64,000 nt of DNA. It comes from Leucoraja erinacea (lineage: Eukaryota). Numbering within the stretch: position 1 is the first letter of the stretch; the number at the start of each line of letters is the position of its first letter. The translations under genes and the position numbers were made by a program. The stretch covers positions 23,560,001 through 23,624,000 of the forward strand of contig NC_073400.1 in the NCBI RefSeq assembly GCF_028641065.1, read 5' to 3'. Below are positions 25,488 to 38,371 of this stretch, piece by piece. The notes under the pieces were generated by a model. It was not told the DNA's origin. It made no database searches and was given only the letters and a program-made list of their open reading frames with translations.

Positions 25488-25687
25488 GAGCTCTCATGGT
25501 CACCACCTTGCACCTGGAGGCCCTGCAAAGGGTGGTTGCTTCTGGAGTGTTGAAGGATACAAACTGGCAGCCTGAATTGTACATGGAGGCTCTCAGTGAG
25601 ACGGGATTTGTTGACGTGCGCATGGAAGAGCAGCAAGACAATGAAAGATCCTTCAAAGCCGTCTTTGCCACAGCAAACAAGGCCTGA
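25488..25687 (+). CDS. Methyltransferase paralog B, exon 2 (total 211 aa)
   Basis: ttttattccacag acceptor; 200 nt like paralog A; GALMVTTLHL…GFVDVRMEE…ANKA*. Confidence 0.85.
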
Positions 25688-25879
25688 GATTGCTATTATC
25701 AAAGCCATTATTATCATTAATAGCTTAATACTAAATGGAGCGTTGATCCTTTAGCTATGGATAAGTATTGTGGAGCACAATGACCTACAATTGTCCCAGA
25801 TAGTTCAGAAACCAGTTGAATTATTTCAATTCACACAGTTTTGTTAAACTCTGCTTTGTTTTGAACATTGCTGCCCTTT

Positions 25880-27910
25880 TAGCCTCAGGTCCGCCTGGAT
25901 GCATGGTCTTTGGAGCAGATGTAAGATCGGCCTTCCCGAGAGTGAATCTGCTGAAAGCTGTTGGACTGGATGGAGTGCCCAGCCATGTTCTCGGGACCAG
26001 GGAGGTCAAGCAGGCAGAGTTATTCACAGACATCTTTAACCTTTCACTACTTAGTTCTGAGGTCCTAACCTGCCGCAACAAGGCTACTATCATCTCGGTG
26101 CCAAAGAAAAGAGGGTTAACATGCCTTAATGACTACCATCTAGTGTCTCTGGCCTCCGCCATCATGAAGTGCTTCGAGAGTCTGGTGTTGATGCACATTA
26201 ACCCCAGCCTCACTGACAGCCTTCATCCACTACAGTTTAACTACTTTTGCCACAGGTTTAAGGCTGACGCCATCTCACTGGCCCTACACTCATCTCAGGA
26301 ACAGCGAGATAACAAGGATACCCACGCCAGACTTGTTTATTGACAATAGCCCTGCCTGCAACACCTTAATCCCATCCAAACTCATCGGTAAACCCCTGGA
26401 CCTAGAAGTAAGCACCCCTTCTGCCAATAGATGCTAAACTTTCCGATGCATAGACCGCAGTCAGTGAGGATAGGTGACTATGCATCCTCCATAATAATAC
26501 TCAACAATGTTGCCTCAAAAGGATGCACAATCAGACTCCCACTATACTTCCTATAACCCACAAGCGTGTGGCCTGATTTAGCTGCAAATCCACCCATATT
26601 TGCAGATGATACCACTGGATGGGCCAGTTCTCGAACAATGATGAGTACATGAAGGAGATAGAGAGTTTAGTGACAAAGTATCAGGACAGTAAATTCTCCC
26701 TCAATGTCAGCAAGATGAAGGGTTAGTTTTCAACTTCAGGAAGTGCGGTGAAGTACATGTCCCTATCAGCATCAACGGTGCCGAAGTGGAAATGGTTGAG
26801 AGCTTCAAGTTCCTAGGTGTAAATATTACCAACAAACTGCCCTGGACCAACCACATTGAAGCTACAGCCAAAAAGCACACTAATAACCATATAACCATAT
26901 AACAATTGCAGCACGGAAAACAGGCCATCTCGGCCCTTCAAGTCCGTGCCGAACACTTATTTTCCCCTAGTCCCATCTACATGCACTCAGACCATAACCC
27001 TCCATTCCTTTCCTGTCCATATACCTATCCAATTTATTTTTAAATGATAAAATAGAACCTGCCTCCACCACTTCCACAGGAAGTTCATTCCACACAGCTA
27101 CCACTCTCTGAGTAAAGAAGATCCCCCTCATGTTACCCCTAAGCTTCTGTTCCTTAATTCTCAAGTCATGTCCTCTTGTTTGAATCGTCCCTTCTCTCAA
27201 TGGGAAAAGCTTATCCACGTCAACTCTGTCTATCCCTCTCATCATTTTAAATACCTCTATCAAGTCCCCCCTTAACCTTCTGCGCTCCAAAGAATAAAGA
27301 CCTAATTTGTTCAACCTTTCTCTGTAACTTAGTTGCTAAAACCCAGGCAACATTCTAGTAAATCTAATGCCTCATTTGCCTCGGAAATGTGGCGTGTCTC
27401 CAATGGGTCTTACCAACTTGTACATGAGCACAGTCGAAAGCATACTGTCAAGCTACATCACAGCTTGGGTTGGCTTGTAACCCAGTCCATCACACAGACC
27501 AGACCTTGCTCCATTGACTATCTACACTTCACACTGCCTCGGGAAAGTCGCTAACAATATCAAGGAACTTTGGTCATTCCTTCTTCTCACCGAAGCTGTC
27601 GGGAAGAAGGTAGAAAGGCAAGAAAACACAAACCAGAAATAGTATTTTTCCTTTTGTTATCAGACGTCTGAATGGTCCTTCCATAAGCCAGCTACAATTT
27701 TCCAGCCTACCTCATCGCGGACATTGGAATTCTTCCCTCGAACTGTTATGCTACAATGCTGAGAAACTATATTTATACTGCACTCTTGTTGTTTTTCTCA
27801 TCAACTGTTGTATGTGTATGGTTTGATTGTATTATCTGATTTGATTCAATGGCATGCAAACAAAAGCTTTTCACTGTATCATTGAACACGTGACAATAAT
27901 AAACCAATAC
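25880..27910 (+). mobile_element. Decayed Rex1/Babar- or L2-type LINE RT, interrupted by a minus-strand CR1 3' end (~26890-27360)
   Basis: KAVGLDGVP…LNDYHLVSLASAIMKCFE…LQFNY. The CR1 insert encodes SLERRRLRGDLIEVFK…WNELP. Confidence 0.75.
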
Positions 27911-28619
27911 CAATACACATTAATGGGACAACCAGAACTGCACACAATACTCCAAATGTGAACTAACCAAAGTTTTATGAAACTGCAACATAACTTCCTT
28001 ATTCCTATACTTAACTCTCCGGCCAATAATACCAAAGAATACCAAACACCGTCTTTACCAATCGATCTACTTTAGTTTAGTTTAATTTAGAGATGCAGCG
28101 TAGAAACAGGACCTTCAGTCCACCGAGTTCACACTGACCACCCGTTCACACTAGTTCTATGTACAAACAAGTAACTGCAAATGCTGGTTTACCAAAGAAA
28201 GACACAAATTACTGGGTCAAGCAGCATCCCTGGAGAATGTGGATAGGTGACATTTCAGATCGGGGCCCTTCTTCAGTCTGAAGGGTCCCGACGCAAAACG
28301 TCACCTATCCAGGGTCCCGACCTGAAATGCCACCTATCCATGCTGAATGAAAGAATTAATAAGTTTATTGGCCAAGTTTTCACATACAAGGCATTTGCCT
28401 TGGTGCTCCGCCCGCAAGTGACAACATGACATACAGTGCCAGGAATGACAAAAAAACATTAAAACATTAGGAATTAGACACAAAACATTCTCAGGGATGC
28501 TGTCTGACCCGCTGAGTTACTCCAGCATTTTGTGTCTTCTCACACTAGTTCCATGTTATCCCACTTATGCATCTACTCCCTATGAACTTGGGGGCAATTT
28601 TCAGAGGCCAATTAACCTA

Positions 28620-30182
28620 TAGTACATTCAGAAAGCATTCAGATCCCTTCACTTTTTCCACATTTTGTTACGTTACAGCCTTATTTTAAAATTGATTAAA
28701 AAAAATTGTAATCATCAATCTACACACAATACCCCAGAATGAAGAAGTGAAAACTGGCGTTTAGAAATTTTTGCAAAGTAATGAAAAAGAAATAACTGAA
28801 ATGTCACATTTACATAAGTATTCAGACCCTTTGCTATGACACTCAAAATTGAGCTTAGGTGCATCCTGTTTCCATTGATTATCCTTGAGATGTTTCTACA
28901 ACTTGATTGGAGTCCACCAGTGGTAAATTAAATTAATTGTACATGATTTGGAAAGCACACACCTGTCTATATAAGGCCCCACAGTTGACAGTGCTTGTCA
29001 GAGCCAAAACCAAGCCATGAAAATGAAGGAGTTGTCTGTAGACCGCCAAGGCAGGATTGTGTCGAAGGGTATAAAACAATTTCTGCAGCATTGCAGGTCC
29101 CGAAGAGCACAGTGGCTTCCGTCATTCTTAAATGGAAAAACTTTGGAACCACCAGGACTCTTCGTAGAGCTGGCCGCCCGGCCAAACTGAGCAATCGGGG
29201 GAGAAGGGCCTTGATCAGGGAGGTGACCAAGAACCCGATGGTCATTCTGACAGAGCTGCAGAGTTCCTTTGTGGAGATGGACGAACCTTTATGGTAGAGC
29301 GGCCAGACGGAAGCCACTTCTCAGTAAAAGGCACATGACAGCCCGCTTGGAGTTAGCCAAAAGGCACCTAAAGGACTCTCAGACCATGAGAGACAAGATA
29401 TTCTGGTCTGATGAAATCAAGATTGAATTTTTGGCCTGAATGTCAAGCGTCATGTCTGGAGGAAACCAGGCACCGCTCATGACCTGGCCAATACCATACC
29501 TACGGTGAAGCATGGTGGTGGTGGCAGCATCATGCTGTGGGGATGTTTTTCAATGGCAGGAACTGAGAGATTAGTCAGGATCGAGGGAAAGATGAACAGC
29601 GCAGAGTACAGAGAGATCCTTGATGAAAATCTGCTCCAGAGCGTTCTGGACCTCAGACTGGGACAAAGGTTCATCTTCCAACAGGACAAAAACCCTAAGC
29701 ACACAGCCAAGACAACGCAGGAGTGGCTAGTCTGTGAATGTCCTTGATTGGCCCAGCCAGAGCCTGGACTTGAACCCGATTGAACATCTCTGGAGGGACC
29801 TCAAAAATAGCTGTGCATCGATGCTCCCCATCCAACCTGACAGAGCTTGAGAGGATCTGCAGAGAAGAATGGGAGAAATTACCCAAATACAGGTGTGCCA
29901 TGCTTGTAGCGTCATACCCAAGTAGACTTGGGGCTGTAATCGCTTCCAAAGGTGCCTCAACAAAGTACTGAGTGAAAAATCTGAATACTTATGTAAATGT
30001 TATATTTCAGTTATTTCTTTTTAATTACTTTGCAAAAATGTCTAAACACCTGTTTTTGCTTTTTTATTATGGGGTATTGTGTAGATTGATGATGATAAAA
30101 AAAAAAAGAATTTAATCTATTTTAGAATAAGGCTGTAACGTAACAAAATGTGATGGGGTCTGAATACCTTCTGAATGCACTG
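28620..30182 (+). mobile_element. Full-length but frameshifted Tc1 (DD34E, IR/DR type) transposon inserted into a SINE
   Basis: ~200-bp TIRs ((C)AGTRCATTCAGAA…), TA on both sides, and transposase motifs GRPAK, WSDE, HGGG, FQQD and SLDLNPIE in broken frames. Confidence 0.92.
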
Positions 30183-30349
30183 TACAATCCTACACGTATT
30201 TATGATGTGAGAAGAAACGGGAGCACCCGGAGGAAACCCATACACTCAGGGAGAACGTGGAAACTCCACACAGACAGTCCCCGAGGTCAGGATTGAACTG
30301 GGTTCTTTGTCGATTTGAGGCAGTAGCACTTACAGCTACGTCACAGTGC

Positions 30350-31130
30350 TGTCCTTGTGTTGCTACTCGGACTCGGATCCCAAGATCCCTCTGTACACAA
30401 TGTAATAAACTTCTAGGTTTTCCCTCAGACTCTAGAACTCCAGACAAAAACAATCCAAAGTTGTTCAATCTCTCCTTCTAGCTAATACTTTCAGGCAGCA
30501 TCCTCTTAACCTCTTCTGCACCTTCTTTAAAGCCCCCACAACCTTCCTGTAATGAAACTGCAAATTTGACCTAACATAAGTTTTATACAGCTGCAATATG
30601 ATTTCCCGTTTCTTTACGTCTATCTACTTGTGTTGCCACTTTCGGGGAGTTAAGGACTTGGGCCTCAAGATCCTTAAGGTTTCTTCCATTAACTATATAC
30701 TTTCTCTTTAAGAGTAACCTCCAAATGTGCAACACTTCACACTTGCTCAGATTAAACCATTTACTATTTTTCTCCCCTATTTGTAACTGATCTATATCTC
30801 GCTGCAACCTTTGACAGCCTTCCTCAATGTATACAAACCTGCTAACCAACCCATCTACATATATACATATGGCATGGTCTGCTGTGACAAAGCCATGCTG
30901 ACTGTGCCTAATTATCCCATTCTCTTCCAAATGCAAATCAATCCTATCTCTAAGAATCCTACTCAATAGCTTCCCTACCACTGATGTGAGGCTCACTTTC
31001 CTATAATTCATTGGATTATCTCTACTTCCCTTCTTAAGCAAAGGAACAATATTGTCTACTCTCCAATTGTCCAGGACCTCTCCTGTGGCTAGATAGGATA
31101 CAAAGATTCTCATCGAGGCTCTGTACTCTT
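30350..31130 (-). mobile_element. Decayed CR1 LINE RT fragment
   Basis: WRVDNIVPLLKKG…NYRKVSLTSVVGKLL…QHGF. Confidence 0.8.
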
Positions 31131-34100
31131 CTTTCTTGCCTCTCTCCATATATATATTTATTCCTTTTTTTTCAAATTTCTGCTGGCACCATTGCATAAT
31201 CATTTTAACACTTCAACCAGTTCTGTAATTATCAGGTGTCGTAGTAGGACACCGTTATCTCTTTGTTCGGTGCTCAATGTCATTGGACCCGGCAGTGGTC
31301 GAGGACAGGCCCGCGGTGGGTGCCAGAGGATAGACGAGGATGTACCGTCAAGAACAAAGAGGAACCCGGCGCCGGCATAATTCATTCATCACACCCTTCA
31401 TTTTAAGTTGGATACCTTTGCCAGAGATTGAGAATTTGATGCACCCATTCCATGTCAGTTTTCACCTACGTGAAGGCGAGATTAAACATATAACCTTGGG
31501 GAAGGTGATACATCAGGAGGAAGGAAAAGAAGACTTGCTTTTATGCAACACTGTACACTACTACATTGTAGAAATCTAGATAACCAATTTGTGCAATGTT
31601 ACCAGCATTTCCTTCTTTGTGGGTTCTATTGGAGTTCTAGGCTACTGCAGTGTGATCCCAAGAATTTTCAATGGCAAGGATAGTAATCAAGTAAATCAAA
31701 GAAAAGTGAGTAACTGATAATTCTGCTGCACACACCGGTGGGATGTCAGTATGATTGATCAATGATGTCAGAGTACCATTGGTTTCAGATCAATATTGTG
31801 ACTGGGTCACTTTAGACAGTGCAAGAAATAGGGTTGTAATTTGAAGAAACAAAGGGAATAACAAAGGGCGAGTTTAGTATCAACAAAAACATAATTTGAA
31901 ACCTATTGTTTTATTCTCTAATAACTGGATACCAGCAACAATCTAAGGAACATTGGAAGACCAGTAATGCAGGTGAGGGTGGTGTCTTGTGAAGGATTAA
32001 ATCTTCTTTCACTACTTGTGTTCACATTGAATTCACTACATTTTTTTCCAATAACACTAAAATAAATTTATTGGGAACTTTTTTGCTTAAAATTATATTA
32101 ACCTGCTACATCACTATGCAAGAGAAGTTACTTTGTCTCATTCAAAATAATTTATTATTCTGGTTTTCGTTTCCTTGTTTTTTATTAATTCACCAGCCAG
32201 CATCTTATGAAGCAGCTTGTTTGTTAACCTCCCTCAGTCTCTGATCCATCCCTAGTTTTTCATCATTTAGGTTTGCCCTAACTCACAATTATGTTACAAA
32301 TATTCACTTGGACTATTTATAAAGCACCACTCGGTCAAGGCATAAATCTTCTGTTCAAAGATGTGAAACATCTGCTGAAGAAAGGAAGCATAGCCTGATA
32401 TTATTTTTTTTATGTGATGTTTGCACCTGCCGCACTCCTGCACTTCATTTTCATGCAGTTGCATGGATATCTACAATCATCATTCCACGACATTCTCAAC
32501 TGAAAGAATATTTCTTTAATTGGAGATTGTTACTGGTGTGTCTTTATAACCTTAGGTACAATGACAATGTGAAGTGTATGTCCTTTGCTCACCTCCTAAT
32601 ATGTTATTTAATGTATCAATATAACCTAAATTACTCAGTACCATGTTGACAAATTTAGTTGCTTCTATGTGATGTAGCAGGAGAAATAATGAACTAGAAT
32701 TTTGCTCCAATTTAAAAGTTTTAGTATTTTAATAATACATTGAAAACATTCCATGCATTAGGAATTTTAACAAACTACAGTATAACAAATTAAATATTTT
32801 CTTGAATTTCCAAGATGACTCGGCCTCTAAAATCTAATTCAAGAACAGTAAACATAATAAACTGCTGAGGTTTTATGCCATGGACAAGATTCCTTCAGCT
32901 TGATGGCAATTTGATCCCTTCACATGGTGGATTACTATCCTTCACAGTTTAAAAAAGCTTTTTTTGTAAAGCAGACAGCAAATTGGAAAGTAAGATATGA
33001 TTGAAAAAGACAGCATGGAAACAAGCCATTTGGCCCACCAAGTCCACACCATTAAGTTTGAACTCTGTTTAGATGAAGTAAGATTCCTTCTCCAGGGAAC
33101 ATTGGTGTGAGGTAAAGCTAAAACATACCTGCTAATTCTCAAAATATCATCTGATCAAAGCATTCATTGGGGTGGGAGATTGCAACCTTCACGTGGTCCA
33201 CCTTGTTTCGACTAATGCAATCAACTTGACGTGCACAATCGAGATCAATTAGAACAAGTTGACCTACAACTTTAGATTGTGCACGCCATAAGCAAGAATA
33301 AGAAAGCATTCATTGAAATGTATTTCACAATAATTTTGGTCCCTCTATAATCCCTCTTATTATAGTTCCATTTCTGTTCATTCCCATAACCTAAGCCAAC
33401 CTTATGCTCATTCATTATGAGTTTACTATTAAGGTTCAACCATTTCGTTTCGTAATTTGAGAATATCATAAACTTCATAAATTGTCATAAACTTCATTTA
33501 ACACAAACCTTTTGTAAGTTAATGTAACCAGACAAGGGGGTTGGCTTAACACGCCCCCCAAACAATTAGTCTCTAAATGTAAGGGAGCTCTGTAACTTTG
33601 GAGCTGCGGTTTAGACAGAGTGCCTTGCCACACAGTATATAATCAGGCAGGAAAGCAGCAGTGATAAATCAGTCAGAACACAACAGCAATTGCAGAAGAA
33701 TCCCAAATTAATCTAGCTAATTTCTAACATTGTAATTTCTTATTCACAGAGCACAATTATTCTTTCAAAATGTATTGGAAAATTGAGTCTGATGTTATTC
33801 ATCCATTAATTTTTTTGTTAAATGGTACTTGCAGTATCCCTGCTGCTCTCATGGCAGATACATTATGCAGTAAAATGATAATCTAATCTGCCGTGTCTGA
33901 ACTTCATACAATGGAAAATGCTGTAAATCCACCTCAACAAAGGAAATACTGACAGGCAAGCTTGGTGTCACGAACTGCAACATTACACATCAGTATAAAT
34001 AATAAGACCAATTATGGCACAACAAAAAGTGCAGGAAGTGTAATGAATATATGATAACTACTACTACTGCCCATAAATGTCACTTGCAACCTGAAATGAT

Positions 34101-34175
34101 TTGCTCCCAAATGCGAGTTTCCTTTTTCAGGTAAAGGCATGGTGAAGTTAGTGATACTAGAGAGTAGTTACTGTC

Positions 34176-34337
34176 CTACGTATAAAGCAACTCTTCCAGA
34201 AGCACAATCCCCACTCTGATCACCATCCTCCAAATTGATGGGTGTCTCCGTGGTCGTATTCCAATGACTGGGACTCCAGTCACTGCAAGCAGATCTCTGA
34301 TCATATTGGCGATAAGCATGGCGTTTTCTGGCTGAAT
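34176..34337 (-). CDS. Candidate BH3-only gene, terminal coding exon (IQPENAML…PSIWRMVIRVGIVLLEELLYT*)
   Basis: tctttatattgtggtag acceptor; the phase-0 frame is open for 53 codons, with a basic then hydrophobic C-terminal tail. Confidence 0.55.
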   Translation of the reverse strand: MQPENAMLIANMIRDLLAVTGVPVIGIRPRRHPSIWRMVIRVGIVLLEELLYT

Positions 34338-34642
34338 CTACCACAATATAAAGATACATGGAAAGTTAGTACGTTAAATTGACCAATTCTATTACAGTGT
34401 ATGATTACAAATTTACTAAATAAATGCAAGCTTCAATGTGTTTAGATTCTGTAGAAATATTGTGCTGTGAAAGCCAACACAATGCAATCTAATTACTGGG
34501 CATGAGCATTAGCAAATCATACACTGTAATCCATTGTAATCCATCCTAATTGTATAAAATTCAGTAACCCTTCCCGACCAGTGGTAAACAAAACCCTAAC
34601 AGGTTAATGACCAATGTTGACCAGGAACAAAGTTAACAATAC

Positions 34643-34672
34643 CTGAAGAGTTCCTGCCTCAACAGATGAATG
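34643..34672 (-). CDS. Candidate BH3-only gene, 30-nt exon (HSSVEAGTLQ)
   Basis: ttttctaccgtttttgttaacattag acceptor and CAG|GTATTG donor; phase 0-0. Confidence 0.4.
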
Positions 34673-35587
34673 CTAATGTTAACAAAAACGGTAGAAAATA
34701 TTACAGGAATCAGCATTTGTCAAGAAAGATCCTAATCAACGAAGGGTCTCACCCTGAACACTCTCTCTTCTCCCCTCTCCAATCAGGCAAGATGTACAGA
34801 AGTGTAAAAATGCTCGCCTCCAGATTCAGGGACAGCTTCGTCCCAACTGTTATCAGGCAACTGAACCATCCTATCACCAACTAGAGACCGGAGCTGAGCT
34901 ACTATCTACTTCATTGAAGACTCTCAGACTAAATTTAATCAGACTTTACTAAACTTTAACTTGCACTAAATGTTACTCCCTTTATCCTGTATCTTTACAC
35001 GGTGGACGACTTGATTGTAATAATATATAGTCTTTTCGCTGACCGGATAGCATGCAACAAAAAAGTTTTTCACTGTACCTCTGTACATGTGTCAATAAAC
35101 TAAACTAAGATCCACCTTTACCTATATCTTTGAAAACATAATTATTTAACATTAAAAACTAAAATGATAGAATAAAATGAAGCTGTCAGGCAGTGCATGT
35201 AGAAAGAGAAACAGTTAACCAATTGGGTCTGGGATCCTTCATTAGAATTCTGGCTATCAGAACTGCCAGCACCTTGGCATTTACTGGCATGGATTTAGGA
35301 TTGATTAAAAGACAGTGGACAAAGAGCAGGAATTAACTGGTCACTTTCAACTTGGGAGCCAGTGATCAGTGGGGTCTCATAGGATCAGTGCAAAGACCCT
35401 AGCTGTTCACATCCTGTAGCAATGATTTGGATGAGTTTATCTTCCACATGTTTCTGTCTCTGTGGTGTGGGGTTTTCTTCCATTGGTTTATCACCAGACT
35501 GGTTGGACTAATACATCTCAAACACAATAGAAACATCTGTGCAAACACTAACAGATCCTTAGCATAGCTTTAAAGTCTTAAACTTAC

Positions 35588-35703
35588 AAATTCATTGATG
35601 GCAAGAAGAGTACGCTGGATGAAATGCAGGTTATTGTCAAAATTGTTGTTTAGCTGGTCGCCGATCAGTTGAAGTCTCCTGGCCACAATGGCGTTATCAT
35701 CAC
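35588..35703 (-). CDS. Candidate BH3-only Bcl-2 family gene, BH3 exon (GDDNAIVARRLQLIGDQLNNNF…INEF)
   Basis: catttcctcag acceptor, GTAAGT donor, 116 nt phase 1->0; canonical BH3 pattern h-A-x-x-L-x-x-I-G-D-x-h-N. Confidence 0.7.
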
Positions 35704-36189
35704 CTGAGGAAATGTGAATGCATAAGACCTCATTGAAATGAATGGCTTTTACCCACACATTTCCACTCTTTGTTCAGTTCCCCAGATCTTGTCAGGAATG
35801 AATTTGGCTGACAGAAATACATAAACATGTGTGCAGCATAAGTGGTAACAAGTTTTTTGATTTTTGGATCTTACCCATCTAGCATGCTGTTTAAGGTGAA
35901 CTATCATTTTTGGGCACAAATGTATAGCACTGCTGTCCACATAAGTACATTTTAAGTTGCACAGTAAGATTAAGAGAGTGGCCAGAGACGTAGGTTCTAT
36001 TCTAACTGCGTGTACACGGTGCAATCTAATTACTAGGCATGAGAATTGGCAAACCCTACATTAAAGGAAATAGCCAGATCCATCCTAATTGTATAAAATT
36101 CAGTAATCCTTCCTGACCAGTGGAAAACAAAATCCTAACAGGTTAACGACCAAAGTTGCGCAGAAACATAGTTAACAATACCTGTTATC

Positions 36190-36605
36190 AAAGACTCTAC
36201 TTCCTGTGAAGATGAAGGAGATTCGGTATGTCAATTCCTCGTATGTTGCAAAACGTACTTGGCTAATAAAGTATTATTGTATCATTGTATTGTATTTTAT
36301 GTTGAAGAGGATTCTCTTGAACTTCTCCAGGTGTACAATACAATATTGACTGGTTGCCTCATGGCCTGGTTTGGCAACTTGAATGTCCAGGTACAGAAAA
36401 GATTGCAAAAAGTTGTGAACACTGCCCAGTCCATCACCGGCTCTGACCTCCCCACCATCGAAGGCATTTATCGGAGTCGCTGCCTCAAAAAGGCAGCCAG
36501 CATAATCAGAGACCCACACCATCCTGGCCACACACTCATTTCACCACTGCCATCAGGAAGAAGGTACAGGGGCCTGAAAACTGTAAAGTTCCGATTCAGG
36601 AACAA
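36190..36605 (+). mobile_element. L2/Rex-type LINE 3' fragment (similar pieces at 34740-35105, 43730-44545 minus, 56480-57030 and 60565-61015 minus)
   Basis: QRLYFL…LQKVVNTAQSITG…HPGHTLISPLPSGRRYR. Confidence 0.8.
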
Positions 36606-38371
36606 GCTTTCTCTGGTTGCTCCGGTTTCCTCAAATATTCCAAAGACGTGCAGATTTATAGGTTAAATAGCTTCTGTAAATTGTCCATAGTGTGTAGGAT
36701 AGAACTAGTGCAAGAGTGATTGCTAACTACAGTAAGTGCTGACTAAGTGGGTTTTGGGCCTGTTTCCATGCTGTATCTCTAAAACTGAAAATTTAAAAAC
36801 TGCTGGAGGATCTGAGGATCAGGCAACATCCATAGGGTCTTAATGTATCATTTCAACCGGAAACGTGGACCATCCCTCTGCCTCCACAGATGCTGCTTGA
36901 CCCGTTCCTTCAGGAGTTTGTTTTTTTTCTCCAAATTCCAGCATCTGCTGCCTCTTGCCTCGCCTTTGAGAGGCAGCACTGAATTAAGTTTCAGGATGTG
37001 AAATGAGGAAAGTTGAAAGTACGGATGGGTGACATTGTAGAAACAGTAACCTGTGAGAGCAACCTGTCAAAGACAATTGTATTTAACTGAGAGAATAAGT
37101 AAGCTCACTAAAAAATATGGGATGGCTGAGTTACAGATTTGAAATTGTGCTACAGGATTGCAACAGACATTTCTTCACTGATGAAGAAACATGAAAACAG
37201 GCAACTGAAAAATCTAGACAGCTATGTAAGGCAGCCCAGCAAGGAGAGAGAACTGAATAAAACAATCATGGGATCAATAGACATTAGTTGCATGAGTAGG
37301 CCATTCGGCCCTTCAACCCAACACCGACATTCCATGTGATCATGGTTGATCATCCACAATCAGTACCCCGTTCCTGCCTTCTCCTCATATTGGGTTCAAA
37401 TTGGGCTGGAGGAACAGACGCAGATTTGAATTGATGAAGATGTACACAAAATGCTGGATTAACTCAGCGGGTCAAGCAGCATCTCTGGAGACCCTATCTT
37501 CAAACTGAAAGTCAGGGGAGAGGGAAACTACTAGGGATATGAAAAGGTACAAAGAACAAATGAATGAAATGTAGGACAAGGACAAACCAAAGCCAGACAG
37601 ATGACCAAGGAAAGGTGGAGCCCATAATGGTCCATTGTTGGCTGTGGAAGAGATGATAACGAGTGGATAAAAAAAAGTGAACCCAGTGCAAGACTGCAGT
37701 GAAACGAGTAGGGTTGGGGAGGGGGTGGAGAGAGAGGGAATACAAGGGTTACTGAATTTCCTCTTTTCTAAAGCTGACGGCTGAAGGTGGAGGTTTTGCG
37801 TAATTGAAAGGGGGAATTGGACGAAATACTGGATGGGTTTGTCTCTGTCTCTTGTCTCACGTTTCGAAATACGACTGGACGGCAGGTCCCGTGCGCGCAC
37901 ACGTTTAGACGGTTGGCATCGTGCGCGCACACTTTTAGACGGTTGGCATCGTGCGCGCGGGCGACGTCGGGCCCAGCTGCGGGCGGCGCGCGCAGTTTGT
38001 GATGGGCGCCATTTCGAGCGGAGAGGACGGAGCGCGTGTCAATGGATGACGCTTTAGGCGAGGGAAACAGATTCAGAGCGGTACGATAGTCCGGACATCG
38101 AACAACGTCGTTGTATAGACACGATTACAGACCCAAATGCTGGAGTAACTCAGCGGGCCAGGCAGCATCTCTCGAGAGAAGGAATGGGTGACGTTTCGGG
38201 TCGAGACCCTTCTTCAGATTCGCTGTCTGACCCGCTGAGTTTACTCCAGCATTTTGTGTCTATCTTCTGTGTCAACCAGAATCTGCGGTTCCTTCCTACA
38301 CATTACGTCGGTAATAGACAATATGCTGCGCCGAAAAGAGAGTGTTTTGTGATATTGAAGAAAAAAAAAAT

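Noticed and set aside
31240-31385. Short CpG-rich segment with small ORFs
   Set aside because: No splice sites or recognisable protein; probably a repeat fragment.
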